Shown piece after piece: positions 30,326 to 44,868 of a stretch of 64,000 bases of DNA. Positions within the stretch are counted from its first letter, which is position 1. The number at the start of each line of letters is the position of its first letter. Source of the DNA: Octopus vulgaris (Eukaryota); NCBI GenBank assembly GCA_951406725.2, contig OX597826.1, forward strand, positions 6,386,001 to 6,450,000. Direction: 5' to 3'. The notes beneath the pieces are model-generated. The model worked only from the letters and a program-made list of their open reading frames with translations, did no database searches and was not told the DNA's origin. The position numbers and the translations under genes were made by a program.

Positions 30326-30947
30326 TATTAACGTAAATAAAAAGGTTGAAAGAGAAAAGAATAACGGACAGAGTCAATATCCATAAACAAGGTTGCAAAA
30401 GCAACGAAAGTTTTAAAGCAAATTTATAAATAATAAATGAGTGGAAATCGAACCGGTGCGTGTGTTAGATGTTAAGGCATTAAGACAATGTGACTTTCCC
30501 CAGAGAAAGCAAAAGAATTATGCGTATGTAATATGTTATCAGGTATCTGATGCAACAAATGTTGATCACAAAAATGATGTATGGACATTAATTGGGTGGT
30601 TGCACATATTATCTATATCTATTCCGTAAGATGAGGTATGCGAATATGATGTTTTACCTAATTTCTGTTTCTGCTTATAAGATATGAAAATCTTGAATTA
30701 AATCAATTGGAATACTTTGAGAATACATTTAAATGAACGTGGATAGCCAAGGTGTTCGATAATACCTTTCAGATGTTAGTGAAGACAGAATGTCCGTGTA
30801 TTTAACTATAAAATATTTTTTCCTGAAAATTTCTGAATACTGCAGTCATTTTCTTATTTCTAAAGAATTTTTTTTATACAAAAATCATATTTCATATTCA
30901 TATCTAAGAGAATCATATTTATATTTTATTACTACTAAATGTACCAC

Positions 30948-31077
30948 CACTATTACTACTACTACTAATAATAATAATAATAAGAAGAAGAAGAAGAGGA
31001 AGAAGGGAGGAAAAAGAAGTATGATGTTGATGATGATGATGATGATGATGACGACGACGATGATGATGGTGGTGGCC

Positions 31078-31120
<43 letters not shown>

Positions 31121-31209
31121 CGTGGTCGTGGTGGTCGTGGTCGTGGTGGTCGTGGTGGTGTTGCAGCAGCAGCAGCAGTAGTAGCAGTAGTAGTAGTAGT
31201 AGTAGTAGC

Positions 31210-31249
<40 letters not shown>

Positions 31250-31652
31250 AAAGAAGAGGAAAAAGAAGAAGAAGAAGAAGGAAGAAGAAGAAGAAGAAGC
31301 GGAAGAAGAAGAGGGGGAAGAAGAAGAACAGGAAGAAGAAGAAGAAGAAGAAGAAGAAGACGAAGAGGAAGAAGAAAAAGAAGAAGAAGAAGAAAAAGAA
31401 GAAGAACAACAACAACAACAAGAACAAGAACAAGAACAAGAACAAGAACAAGAAGAAAAAGAAGAAGAAGAAGAAGAAAAAGAAGATGAAGGGGGGAAGA
31501 AGGAGAAGGAGAAGTTGAAGAAAAAGGAGGGTTAGATGAAGATGAAGAAGAAGAAGAAGAAGAAGAAGAAGAAGAAGAAGAAGAAGAAGAAGAAGAAGAC
31601 AAAAAACGATTATTAGTGCAACAATATTTACCACTACTACCGATGTTGCTGG

Positions 31653-31709
<57 letters not shown>

Positions 31710-31720
31710 GGCTACTGCAA
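30948..31720. repeat. Large compound trinucleotide array (ACT/AAT/AAG/GAT/TAG/GGT/GCA/GAA/CTA/CTG)
   Basis: Directly visible; source of the spurious 324-aa and 185-aa ORFs. Confidence 0.95.
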
Positions 31721-32942
31721 CAATAAAAAGGCGTCTGACGATGACAAGTCAAAGGAGTAAAATAATGACAAAAGGAAAGGAATAAAAGAGGGAAAGCAAC
31801 AATAATGTGTGTATATGCGTGTGTTTGTGAGTGTGTGTGTGTGTGTGGAAGGGGTGTTGTGTGTGTACGTGTATGTGTGAGTGTCAGCAACATGAAATTG
31901 AGAAAGAAAAATAACAGGACGTTACTGATAAGAAAATAGCTTGATTATTGACAATTTTTAGACACTTCCTTATTCTGGCTGCCAAGGAGAAGTTAGTGTA
32001 GGCGCTGAATAAACGCAACCGCTTAGAAAATAAATAGTATCAATCGGGAATGCTCTTCAATATAATTGCAATTCATCGTTTGGTTCCGATTGACTGAATA
32101 TAAGCAGGCGCAGTGATGATGATGTGTGCGCTGGCTTAAGTTTTACTCTAAACATACAATTGATTCAGGTAACGGCAAAAGCGACGAGTGTCTAGGCCGT
32201 AGCGCGTGAAAAATAACATCGTTATCGTCTGAGTGTCTCGATTAAATAAACATGGCCAGAGCTGTTGTAGTAACATAAACAGAAAGACTATATTGTTTAT
32301 TATGTTCTTTTATTGTACTTGTTGATTCTTATATATGCGTATATATACTACAGCTACCACCGATATAGATACCACTACCACCAAAACTAACAACAACCAC
32401 AACAACTTTCGTTTAATTGAGTGATATTGAAAGTCTGTAGACGCCATTAGCATTGGGGAGAGAAAGAAAATATAAGGATGTAAAATGTAATGCAAAGAAT
32501 GAAACAGAATAGCCGAAAGTGAAAGTGAAACAAGATCAGTCCAAATCCTACGTCGTTCATATGCATTATGGGATAGAATGACTATGACTTTCAGTTGGTG
32601 GTTGTATGTTTTTCTTTTCGTTTGTCTTTCGTTTGGAACTTTTGTTTTATTTTTGTTGTGCTTGTTGTTGCTTCACTAACGACTGCAAACATAACATAAA
32701 CGTGACAAAGAAAACAATCGAAAACTGTAAATATGCACAAAATATTGATAGAGTAAGTAATAAAATGAAACACGTTGCAAACAGGAATATAATACATCTG
32801 CAATAAGCACACATCGTCAAATACACGCATAGACTTACACGTCCACAGACACCCAGACATATTCACACGTACACACATATATATATATGCATACATACAC
32901 TTATATATATGTATATATATATATATGTACCTATATATTATG

Positions 32943-32985
<43 letters not shown>

Positions 32986-32986
32986 G

Positions 32987-33052
<66 letters not shown>

Positions 33053-33158
33053 TGTGTGTGTGCTTATATATATAGAGACACATATATATACATGCATATA
33101 CGTACACATATAGATATGTGTATATATATATATATATGTGTGTGTGTGTATGCGTGTG

Positions 33159-33208
<50 letters not shown>

Positions 33209-34619
33209 TATTTACGTTTGATAATATTCAGAGATAGATACTTGCATGTATTCGTACATTTATTTTGTTATGTCTGTATTATTGACTATTTGTACTTTAT
33301 TTCTCTTTTTTACACAGAAAATAGTACTGGAAAATTGTGGTACTCAACAGATACAGAATAATATATGTTATGGAAACATATAATATAAGTCAATAAATGA
33401 ACGTAGAGATTATTCGGAAGTTAGTAATATACATTTCTGCATTCTGTCACGTTTTAGGACGTTTCGAAACGACCTATTTTCGTGCCATGCAATTATAATT
33501 TAATTATGTGTGTGTGAACGGCCCTCCGAGGCCCTCACCCTGGTCACTTAACCTATTAGAAATAGCAAATAAATTCCTTCAAAGAAATATCTTTCACCTT
33601 GAGGCGGGAGTGTAGTATTGAGTTAATAACCTCCTAGAAATAATGCGTATGAGCAAATGAGTCAGGAGTATCACAGACGTAATGTTGTTGTCCATAGATT
33701 CACATGATGAGAGCCGATCTAATGATAAAAAACAAGAATGTTGATGTATTGTTAAGTAATGTAATAGAATACATAGGTGAAATTATATTTTATAACATGA
33801 TAATATCATGACAATGTCATTCAAATATTAAGAGGACAAGTTTATTTTCTAAGAAAATATAGCATATATTTTATAATGAATTAGCATTATTCTATTTACT
33901 TTTCCTTCCTTTCAGTATTTGGGTAGCATATTTGTGTTTGTTCCAACAAGAGAATTATTTTTACATTCACATGGGAGAAGCGAATAATTAATTTAATTTA
34001 ATACGCAAAAGGTTTCACGCAAATGTACCATTATGGTTGGTATATACACGTTCGAAAGCTGTACTCTTCCAACTTTTTCAGGTTTTCCTTGTATTCAGTA
34101 ACATTCGAGAAAATTTGAATCGAATTTTTTATTAAATCCATAAAAGTACGCCTTTAGTTTGTGATACAGCTTGACACCTTAGCAGAGCTTGTTTTCAACA
34201 TCAAATTCGCATAACTCGTTTGAACGTCGCATAGAATGTTTTGTGGCAGTCGTCCTGATTCCTTTCACTGTATGTTCAAATACCATTTCTTTTCATCCTA
34301 TCAGGATCAATAAGAAAGTATCAGTTAAAGGTGATGAATTGGCGAAATTGTAAGAAAACCAGGCTTGTTGCTTTCCAGAATCTCTTCCTGCTCTTTTCAT
34401 CCTGAGTTCAAATCTCGTCAAGGGCTTAATTGGATTGTAGCCCTAATTATTTAGTCGGTATAACCGCTCTACCTTAGCTCTTATTTAGTAGACTCCACTC
34501 TGATGCAATCATTCGAGCTACTCTACCTCCAGGGATTCTTCTCTTATTCTGTCCTACGGGAGAAGACATGGACATTGCAATGCCTCATGTCCAAAATATT
34601 GGATCCAAATTCTGACTCA

Positions 34620-34815
34620 ACATGGGCAAGTTCAGACGAGGGGTATAATCGATTATATCGATCTCAGGGATCAACTGGTTCATATTTTATGAACCCCGAA
34701 AGAATGAAAGGAAAAGTCGTCGTGGTCAGAATTTTAACTCAGAACGTAAAGACGGATGAAATGCCGCTAAGCATTCTGTCCGGAGTGTTAACCATTCTGC
34801 CAGCTTCCCACCTTT
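34620..34815 (-). mobile_element. SINE family A, diverged
   Basis: ccccgaaagaatgaaagg..aactcagaacgtaaagacggatgaaatgccgctaagcatt is the reverse complement of the family A unit. Confidence 0.7.
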
Positions 34816-35032
34816 CATGACCAAAATATCAAAGAAGAAAAAGCTGCGTTGATTCAAGCGGAACTAAAAGGTGACGTCACACAGAAATGAGAAAATTATC
34901 TACTTCCGAGGAATAACTAAAGAATTATCCATATCCTCTGTAGTAAGTTAGCGAAAAGTTAGCTTCTTTCTATTGAATTTGAGTTCGATAGCATATATTT
35001 ATTCATTTTTCATTCGTGTTTATATCGTATAG

Positions 35033-35073
<41 letters not shown>

Positions 35074-36340
35074 CTGAGTAAATAAACAGTTTGTTAATTC
35101 ACAGATCTGTCTCTACAGTACAAATCTAAAAATCGCATCAGCTACTTCCTCGGTGTAATTTAAATAGCGAGATTGACTACAAGCATATTAAATGTACTCG
35201 TGTAAACATATTTAAAATTTAATCGCACACACATGCTGTTTGAACTATTAAGTTCATTAATACGCGTCGCCAATGTACATACTGATATGTAAATGCTGAG
35301 AATCGATATTGACACAAAAATAGTGTTGAAATATTTTATCCAATTCTCAGTATATATAATGTTTAGATATAATATGAATGGAAGCACATGTAATCATCGT
35401 TGTAAACGCTTCTTTATAAGCAAACATGTGATTCACCTATATACCCATTTAATTATTTGTCAATTTATCTTCACGTAAAATCTGTCGTGGAATATTTTAT
35501 TTAATTACGAGATTCAGTAAGTGCTTTATAATAGCATATGCTTATATTATAATGTATAGGATAGTATCACGGTATATATCTATATATGTAATACTGCCGA
35601 TGCGACCACATACTCATAGTGTTGTGAATATATGGTGATATGAAGATTTTTCTGGGAGTAAAAATGAGTTTATATAAAATACTTTTGACATATCGACTAG
35701 AAGCAACCTACGAAGCATTGAATGGAATATAGCAGTATACAACCATATTTGGCATGATTATGTACACTCGTACGTTGTGTGTCATACGCTGGGGAAAATG
35801 TCTCGCTAGAAATAATTCTCCTTTTGACAATATATTTGAGAGACCCAAGATTCTTCTGTTAATTACATCATCGAATATTGTCCCGCTTGCTTTTCTAAAA
35901 CGTTTTTTTTTTTCCTTGAAAAAACATTCATGCAGAAGAAATATTTCGATGTCCATGTGTACACGAACCTACACTATTTATATTTAGTATGTTCGGTCAC
36001 TTGAAATATATTCTTGATTATGGTCCTTTGAGATTTATTCTTTTATTATTATGAATCATATGAAGGTATGCGTCTATGTAAGCATTTACTTTATCTTATC
36101 ATTGGCGAACACATTACGTTGCAGTAGCTGCATGATATATTAGTCTTTAGTTAAAGTATACATAGATACATAAATAATTATACGTACAAAACGGTTTGTA
36201 TAAACCTAAATGTAAAATACATATATAAACAATTTAATCACTCATTAATAAACTTAATAAACGCCATCTTGAAATATAAGAGCAAACCCGAATTCAAACA
36301 CTGGTTTATTCATAATATTTATAATATATATATATATATC

Positions 36341-36634
36341 ACCGTGATCAGCATAACTGATTAGGCTATCAGATGTTGCTTAACATCGCTGGTCACAATG
36401 CGCTTTGCATAGTTTTAGCCTTCAAATGACGCCACCCCGCTGGCTAAGAGAGCAGGCCAAGAGAAGAAAGAGTGAGAGAATGTTGTGGCGAAAAAGTACA
36501 GCATGGATCGCCACCCCTCCCTGCCGGAGCGTCGTGGAGCTTTTAGGTGTTTTCGCTCAATAAACACTCACAACTCTCGGTCTGGGTATAGAAACCGCGA
36601 GTCTGCTGCCCAAACCACTGGGCCATTGCGCCTC

Positions 36635-36636
<2 letters not shown>
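36341..36636 (-). mobile_element. SINE family C (tRNA head)
   Basis: Ends aaccactgggccattgcgcctcca, the reverse complement of the head at 47100. Confidence 0.75.
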
Positions 36637-36666
<30 letters not shown>

Positions 36667-36685
36667 CATATAAATATATATATAT

Positions 36686-36743
<58 letters not shown>

Positions 36744-37247
36744 TAACCATAATTTTAGAGTAGAAACATTGCATATGTGAGATTCAACGGCTTGTTCCTT
36801 TGGCCATTTGTGAGTTTATATTAAGGCTAAAGTAGATTGAAATTATTTTCATCTCATTTTATTCAGTCTGTCGTGTATAAGCATGGGATTAGTGCTAAAT
36901 TAATCATATATGAGATTAGAATTGCGAATCTATTTAGCTGTTTGTGAGTCTATTCAAAGGGTAAAACTGCTTGGAATATTTTATATTTAAGATCAAATAT
37001 TTGTAGTAAGGATTAGGCAAGATATATATATGGGATACGAAGAACATACATATATGAGGGTGAATTGGTGTACACGCATTTATATTCAGGTGTTATCTAT
37101 ATACATTTAAGTATATATATGTGTGTGTGTGTATACACATATATGTATATATGTACATATACATATATATGTACGTGTAGATATATATGCATATATATGT
37201 ACATATTTATATGTGTATCTATAGATATATAGATATATACGCACACA

Positions 37248-37282
<35 letters not shown>

Positions 37283-37284
<2 letters not shown>

Positions 37285-37442
37285 GGAGTGTCTGTGTGGT
37301 AACTAGCTTGCTTACCAACCACATGGTTACTGGTTCAGATCTAATGCATAGCATCCTGGGCAAGTGTCTTCTGCTATAGCCTCGGGCCGACCGAAGATTT
37401 CTGAGTGGATTTGGTAAAGGGAAAGTGAAAGAAGCCCGTCGT
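37283..37442 (+). mobile_element. SINE family B, 5' half
   Basis: aggagtgtctgtgtggtaactagcttgc...tgggcaagtgtcttctgctatagcc...gaaagaagcccgtcg. Confidence 0.8.
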
Positions 37443-37464
37443 ATACATATACATATGTGTGTGT

Positions 37465-37777
37465 GGTTTTACGTATGTGGCTGAGGACTCCACAGATACG
37501 TGTAACCTTAACGTAGTTCTCGGGGGGAAGCAGCGTAACACAGTGTGTGAGAAGGCTGGCCCTTTGAAATACAGGTACAAAAGAAACAGGAAGAAAGAGT
37601 GAGGGAAAACTGTGGTGAAAGAGTACAGCAGGGTTCACCACCACCCAATGTCGGGGCCACGTGTAGCTTTAGGTGTTTTCGCTCAATAAACTTTCACACC
37701 GCCCGTTCTGGGAATCTAAACCGCGATCCCACAAACGCGAGTCCACTGCCCCAACCACTGGGCTATTGCGCCTCCAC
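37465..37777 (-). mobile_element. SINE family C
   Basis: gtgttttcgctcaataaa...aaccactgggctattgcgcctcca. Confidence 0.75.
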
Positions 37778-37864
37778 ATGATAGTTGTATAATTAGATAC
37801 GTATGTTGTATACCAGATACCTTATACACATTTCCAAACTGTCAATTTCAAATATAGAAATATT

Positions 37865-38427
37865 CTTTTCGACTCTAGGCACAAGGTCCGACATTTTAGG
37901 GGTGGAGTCAGTCGATTAGATCGACCTCAGAACGCAACTGGTACTTAATTCATCGATTCCAAAAGAGAGACAGGCAAAGTCGACCTCGGCGGAATTTGAA
38001 CTCAGAATTTAAAGACAGACGAAATACCTATTTCTTTACTACCCACAAGGGGCTAAACACAGAGAGGACAAACAAGGACAGACGAACGGATTAAGTCATT
38101 TATGTCGACCCCAGTGCGTAACTGGTACTTATTTAATCGACCCCGAAAGGATGAAAGACAAAGGTCGACCTCCGCGGAATTTTAACTCAGAATGTAACGA
38201 CAGACGAAATACCTATTTGTTTACTACCCACAAAGGGCTAAACACAGAGAGGACAAACAAGGACAGACAAACGGATTAATTCGATTATATCGACTCCAGT
38301 GCTTAACTGGTACTTATTTAATCGACCCCGAAAAGATGAAAGGCAAAGTTCACCTCGGCGGCGGCAGATGAACTACGGCTAAGCATTTCGCCCGGCGTGC
38401 TAAAGTTTCCGCCAGCTCACCGCCTTT
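37865..38427 (-). mobile_element. SINE family A trimer
   Basis: Three tandem units with the same inter-unit junction as seen in 508-1125. Confidence 0.85.
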
Positions 38428-39274
38428 CAAATATAGAAAGGTTACCAATCAGTCACACCATAGCTTCACTTACCTGTATTCGATACTAAAAAAATAAAAA
38501 GACATCCGCAAATCTCCGACAACGACCGTGCATGGGCAACGCAGACACATACATGTAAGGAATACAATGCAATTTGTTTTGCGCTAAAATATTTTGCGCC
38601 AGTAATGTACCTGCTTTAGTAAATGTAAACAAATACTTTACTTTAGATTAGACATAATTATGTAAATTTGAAAATAAGAACAACATTGAATAAAAAAAAA
38701 ATACGATAGAAATTAAAAGCAATTCAAGCAATTAGGAAAGCCAATTCCTTGAAGAAAACATTGTGATATTTATGTCGGATTTAGGCTATGATATGCCCTC
38801 CAAACATTAATATAACAGAATATATGTAATAGTGTGAATGTAACACCTAATTGGTGTAATTTGAATTCATATTGTAATCTGAGCTTTTTCACTTCCTGTG
38901 AAATCATATATGCCATGATAATGTGTATTTCAAGATGTTGTAAAGCAACACTAAGACAAGTGTGATATACATTACATTGTTTAACGAAGTACTAAAACGA
39001 AGGAAATTCCTGTTACTAAATCTTCATTAAATTATCTTGCTATTTCAACAGGTAAATCATATCATATTAAGTGAGATATTAATATCGCATAGTTTGCGCA
39101 TTTACGCTATATGTTTGGTATTTAAAATGCTCATTACTAAAGATGCAGTATTTAATTATTTACATGCTACATCGTATATTGTTGAAACGCGTATATGTAA
39201 ACTTGCGAAGTTACACACAAACACCACACACACACACACACATAAACTCACACACTATTATATACGTGTGTGTA

Positions 39275-39316
39275 TATATTATTTGTGTTTGTGTGTCTAT
39301 GTGCTTGTATGGATTA

Positions 39317-39356
<40 letters not shown>

Positions 39357-39704
39357 TTTTTTTATGTATCTATATCTATGTGGAAATATGGATATATGTG
39401 TGAGCATCAACAGTAGCATTTCCATCATTAAAGACAGTAGATCAACGTATCCATCATTATCATTATCAGTCTTCATTTCTACATCACCATCATCATTATC
39501 ATCATCATCTCCGCGACCAACACCACGACTACCTCCACCACTACCATCATCATCATAAACCAAACTTATTCATCGAGTCCACCCAAATACTACTACTACT
39601 ACTACTAATACTACTACTACTACCACTAACACCACCACCGCCACCACCCAAATACTTCTTGTATATATTATTTTGTTTGTGTGTCTATGTGCTTGTATGG
39701 ATTA

Positions 39705-39742
<38 letters not shown>

Positions 39743-40047
39743 TTTTTTTATGTATCTATATATATGTTGAAATATGGATATATGTGTGAGCATCAACAGT
39801 AGCATTTCCATCATTAAAGACAGTAGATCAACGTCTCCATCATTATCATTATCAGTCTTCATTTCTACATCACCATCATCATTATCATCATCATCTCCGC
39901 GACCAACACCACGACTACATCCACCACTACCATCATCATCATAAACCAAACTTATTCATCGAGTCCACCCAAATACTACTACTACTACTACTACTAATAC
40001 TACAACTACTACCACTAACACCACCACCGCCACCACCCAAATACTTC
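39275..40047. repeat. Tandem duplication, two copies of ~389 bp
   Basis: 39275-39659 and 39664-40047 are near-identical, including embedded microsatellites; ORFs 39297-39563 and 39668-39949 are near-identical. Confidence 0.92.
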
Positions 40048-40948
40048 TACCTCTACTACAACTACTACTACTACTACTACTGTCACAGTAGTCTTATTCC
40101 TATGGCGTGCCTTTACTGCTCTCCCGAGGGCAACTCTGTGTGCCTTCGATTTGTACTATTTTATTTTTCGTATATGTTGCTATTTTTGCTATATTGCAGA
40201 TGCTCTACGTATGAAGCGTTCGGTACCTAGCAGAGTTATTTCCTATATGTCATAGATATTCGCACGTCTTGGCGTTTTGATTATGCAATTCCCAAAGCGC
40301 TTATATTTATAGGGATATTTTTTCTTTTTTTCAGGCTCCATATTCGGAATATCTGTATTTGCAGTTATTTGTATTTCGATGGGTTTTTTTTCGATTTATT
40401 TCCCGCACACAGCAACATCTGTTGGGACTGATGTGTGAATTAGGAATAATTTCTCTTTTCTTCATTGTACTTGTAAACATCTGGTCGATTAACTTGCGCC
40501 TCTCTACATATATGGTAATTCTACAAAGCATGTGTATCAGCGATCTTCTCTGGGACGAAGAGCGCACAATCAGTGTATACCATCAGTATGTGTGTGTGCG
40601 TGAGTGAGTGTATGTATGTATGCATGTGTGTACGTGTTTGAGTATGTATATATACATACGTACATACATACATACATGCATACATACATACATGTAAATG
40701 TATCTGTTTAGTGTTGACTGTCGGCAGAAAAAGTTCTTAGTACACCAGTAACGAGTAGCATTGTATTTCATTTCGGTCGAGTTAGACTTTGGTACTCTGA
40801 TTCGCCTGTGTAAGTATAGGGTCTTCAGACGCGACTTATGAAGTATAACCACACGTATATCATTAGTTGCCTGAAGTTAATGTGCATATATGGGCGAAAG
40901 ACAAACCAGTAGGAGATCTGATTGATTCGACCAAAACAAAATACTATA

Positions 40949-41004
<56 letters not shown>

Positions 41005-41050
41005 GCAAGATTTTTTATTGGCTAAACCGGCAAAATGACCATTCCGAAAT

Positions 41051-41149
<99 letters not shown>

Positions 41150-41317
41150 ATATAGTGCGATATTGACGTTATAAGATATAGTGGGATCACTGAGACACTA
41201 AGGTGTCAGGTAATGCTGAATAAGTGCTATAGACAGACCATAGTTAAGTTCCAGATTCGGTAATATTGCGAATAAGGGGTTCAAAGTTGGTTCTATGTCA
41301 GCGTGTGCAGATAAGAG

Positions 41318-41467
41318 TTTTTGCGTAATAAAATAAAAGACCAAGGGTGTGTAGATATTAGAGCATTTATAAATAGAAGGTCTGCCTCGACACAGGCAGG
41401 CAGACCTTCTATCTATAAATGCTCTAATATCTACATACCTTTGGTCTTTTATCTTATTACGCAAAAA
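41318..41467. repeat. Long inverted repeat (arms ~70 bp) beside (TA)n
   Basis: ttttgcgtaataaaataaaagaccaagg...aggtctgcct / aggcagacct...ttggtcttttatcttattacgcaaaa. Confidence 0.9.
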
Positions 41468-41471
41468 AATG

Positions 41472-41520
<49 letters not shown>

Positions 41521-41810
41521 TAGACTACCACTTGCTAGTAAGTGTAGCTAACACTTCAAAACTCAAATTTCTCACAACTAATGAATACGCACGGTGAATG
41601 CAGCGAATATAATAAAATAGGCTTACCTTGTATAAGCTACAATGGAAGAAACAGATATCAATCGATACCAGATATCTGTTTCCTTCTTTGTAATTTATAC
41701 AAGGTAAGCCTCTTTTATTATATTCTTTCTATCCACCGTGCGTATTTAATAATAGTGAGAAATTTGTGGTTTTGGAGAGTTAGCTCCTCCTTCTAGCAAG
41801 TGGTAACTTA
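41521..41810. mobile_element. Palindromic MITE-like element (arms ~138 bp)
   Basis: taccacttgctag...ggcttaccttgtataa...aaacagatatc / gatatctgttt...ttatacaaggtaagcc...ctagcaagtggta; TA at both ends. Confidence 0.75.
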
Positions 41811-41867
41811 CTTTTCTTATTTGTATATTTTACACATATCTTTAAAAAACATGCGGTTCATTTTACG

Positions 41868-41943
<76 letters not shown>

Positions 41944-41944
41944 T

Positions 41945-42282
41945 ATGTTTGACTTTTGCTTTATATTTGTACAAGTTGGATTCAAGTCTCACCCAGAGAC
42001 CTCAAGAGACAACAGGTTGGAAGTTCATGTTGTTGTTATGCCTAGTGTGCCATATATTTGTTTTGTTTTGTGCTGTACTAGTGAGTGTCGGAAAAAAGTA
42101 TGTTTGTTTTATACCTTGAGATTACATAGAAAGTATTTTGCGTAGGATATGAGCAGTTCCTATGAGCACTACCTTTTGAATTTCTGCCATTTTTGGGGTT
42201 TCTTGGTATCTGAGTTAGGTAGCAATCAGCCCCTTTTGCTATCATTCCCAGGGAACCTATGACAACAGGTATTGTTTTAGTC

Positions 42283-42285
<3 letters not shown>
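41945..42285 (-). mobile_element. Dong/R4 3' end fragment between (TTA)n tracts
   Basis: Minus strand KTIPVVIGSLGMIAKG...EIQKVVLIGTAHILRKILSM* plus 3' UTR. Confidence 0.85.
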
Positions 42286-42360
<75 letters not shown>

Positions 42361-42624
42361 TTCCTCTTCTTTCTTCAAATTTTCTTCCATTTCTCGCCGA
42401 GTCTTTTCCGTACATCTAGGGCAGAGAACCTTATTGTATGCATTCCCAGATTACACACGCAAATTCAAAGGTAAAATATATATTTAAAAAATTCATGAAT
42501 GGATGTTGTTTTCACAGCGATAATGCTCTTCTCAGTACATGAGTTGTTCCAGTTAACACGATTTTTTGCACTTCCTGTAGGAATGGTAACACTGGTATCA
42601 TTTTCAAATAAGTTTCAGTACCTT

Positions 42625-43095
42625 TTTTAATCATCCCTAGAGATCCTACAATCACTGGTATTGTAGTCTCCTTGAGGTGCCATATTTTTTTCAGTTACTA
42701 TTAGCAAATCTTTATATTTACTGATTTTGTCAACTTCTTTCGCCGCTATATTTTGATCGCGAGGAATACTCATGTCAATTAATAAACACACCTTTTTTGT
42801 CTGATTTTTCACCCGGTTTATTAGCTTTTATAGATTTGTCGGTATGTACGGGGAAGTGCCAGAGAATCGACACAATTTCTTCCTCAGTCACATCTTCAGG
42901 ATGGTGTTTATACTATTTGTCAGCGGTTTTGATTTTATAATGGCGACATATTGTCCAGTATGAACACTGGCCGCCTCTGTCATGCCTTGCTTTATATTCT
43001 ACAGGTTCTAAGACTCTACACCCTGAGATTAGGTGGTCTATAGTTTCAATCTCATCGTTACAGAATCGGCATTTTGGATCCGCTCCATCTTTTAT
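42625..43095 (-). mobile_element. Dong/R4 zinc-finger/endonuclease fragment
   Basis: DPKCRFCNDEIETIDHLISGC...YKARHDR; CLLIDMSIP...KISKYKDL; (TTA)n at its 5' junction. Confidence 0.85.
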
Positions 43096-43244
43096 TATTA
43101 TTAATATTTTTATTATTATTATTATTATTATTTTCATCATCATCAATAATAATAATAATGGTAATAATACTTTATCTAATTATATATATATATACATACA
43201 TACATACATACATACATACATACATACATACATGCATATATATA

Positions 43245-43485
43245 ACGGGAAAGTTTACGAAAATAAACAAAAGACGAAGGCAGGTGGAGTACAAACAAAC
43301 ATATGTATTAGTATAGCGCTCAGGAATAGAAATAGGAAAAATGTATTTTACGTTTCCAACCTACGCTCTTCGACAGAAAGATACACAGAAAAAACGAGGA
43401 GAGAAACAAGGAGAGAAAAAAGGAGAGAAAAAAATGCGTGTAGGAGCTAACGATCTATCATGGCGTCCTGACTTCGGACAGCGGT
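43245..43485 (-). mobile_element. Microsatellite-embedded cassette homologous to 18986-19197
   Basis: Shared gtgga..acaaa..gtatta...cgctcagga...acgtttc...gctcttcg layout. Confidence 0.5.
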
Positions 43486-43492
43486 GCATGTA

Positions 43493-43612
<120 letters not shown>

Positions 43613-43859
43613 TACGTGTATCTAAGTATTTGGAGGTGTGTTGACTATAATCTTAGCAACGACAAACAGTTAATTCTTCTAAAAATATTGACACGGGTAC
43701 GAAATACTGTAATGATAATTACACATTATCATTTAACACAGACACATATCATAATGGACAACATGCAGTTTAAATACAAACCTCACTCTGATATCAAGCA
43801 ATTGATCACCTTCATAATTATTATTATGCTCAACGGCATCATATCACTATTATCCTCAT

Positions 43860-43930
43860 TCTCCATCATCATCATCGTCATCATCTTCGGCATCATCATC
43901 GTTACCTTCATCATCATCAGCATCATCATC

Positions 43931-44010
<80 letters not shown>

Positions 44011-44025
44011 TATAATCATCATGAG
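43860..44025. repeat. (CAT)n microsatellite
   Basis: Directly visible. Confidence 0.95.
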
Positions 44026-44692
44026 CATCGTCTTAACCAATATCATCATCCGCGGCAGCATCGGTAAAATACGTGTTGTCACCATCAATGTTGTTTTTTT
44101 TTTCCAGTTGTCACTAATGTATCAACGAACATCAGGAATTATTATCTCGCAATTCATTCCGACATCAACGTACATATCTGTATCATTAACATCATCATCC
44201 ACATCTGAATAATCATCTTCAACATCAACATCATCTTCAACATCTACAGTAATTTTATCATCAGAAGTGAGAATAAAATGTTCACATTTCGTACAAATAT
44301 GGAGCTGTTCTTATCAACGCTTAAATCATGAGATTTTATTTTATCTCCAAGTCTCTATCGTTGGAGTTTGGTATATTTTCTTTTAATTATATGTTCATAT
44401 ATTGATTTTCATATGTTAATTCTACGAGGAATTTACACCAGTGAGTTTGGAATGAAACTGGAATTTTTGAAGATGAAAAATATAAAATATTCCGGGTGAT
44501 ATTAAATTAAGTGATAATGTCATCAAGAATATCAAAATGCCGAAATATTATACGTAAATATTTCGATACACAAATACATACATACAGACATACATATATT
44601 TATGTAAATATATACATATGTAAACACACACGCGCACATATATACAAATATATTATATAAGGTATATAGAAATATATACATATATATGCATA

Positions 44693-44744
<52 letters not shown>

Positions 44745-44822
44745 CGTAGAGCGTAAGTGAAGAAAGAGAGAGAGAGAGAGAGACTGAGAGAGAGAGAGAG
44801 AGACTGAGAGAGAGAGAGAGAG

Positions 44823-44868
<46 letters not shown>

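Noticed and set aside
30919-31893. 324-aa and 185-aa ORFs (also 50180-50848, 43616-44212, 23004-23436)
   Set aside because: Stop-free reading of trinucleotide microsatellites; homopolymeric peptides.
40765-40830. Minus-strand CTGAAGA...GAAA hammerhead candidate
   Set aside because: Stem II cannot close (C opposite C) and no stem I forms.
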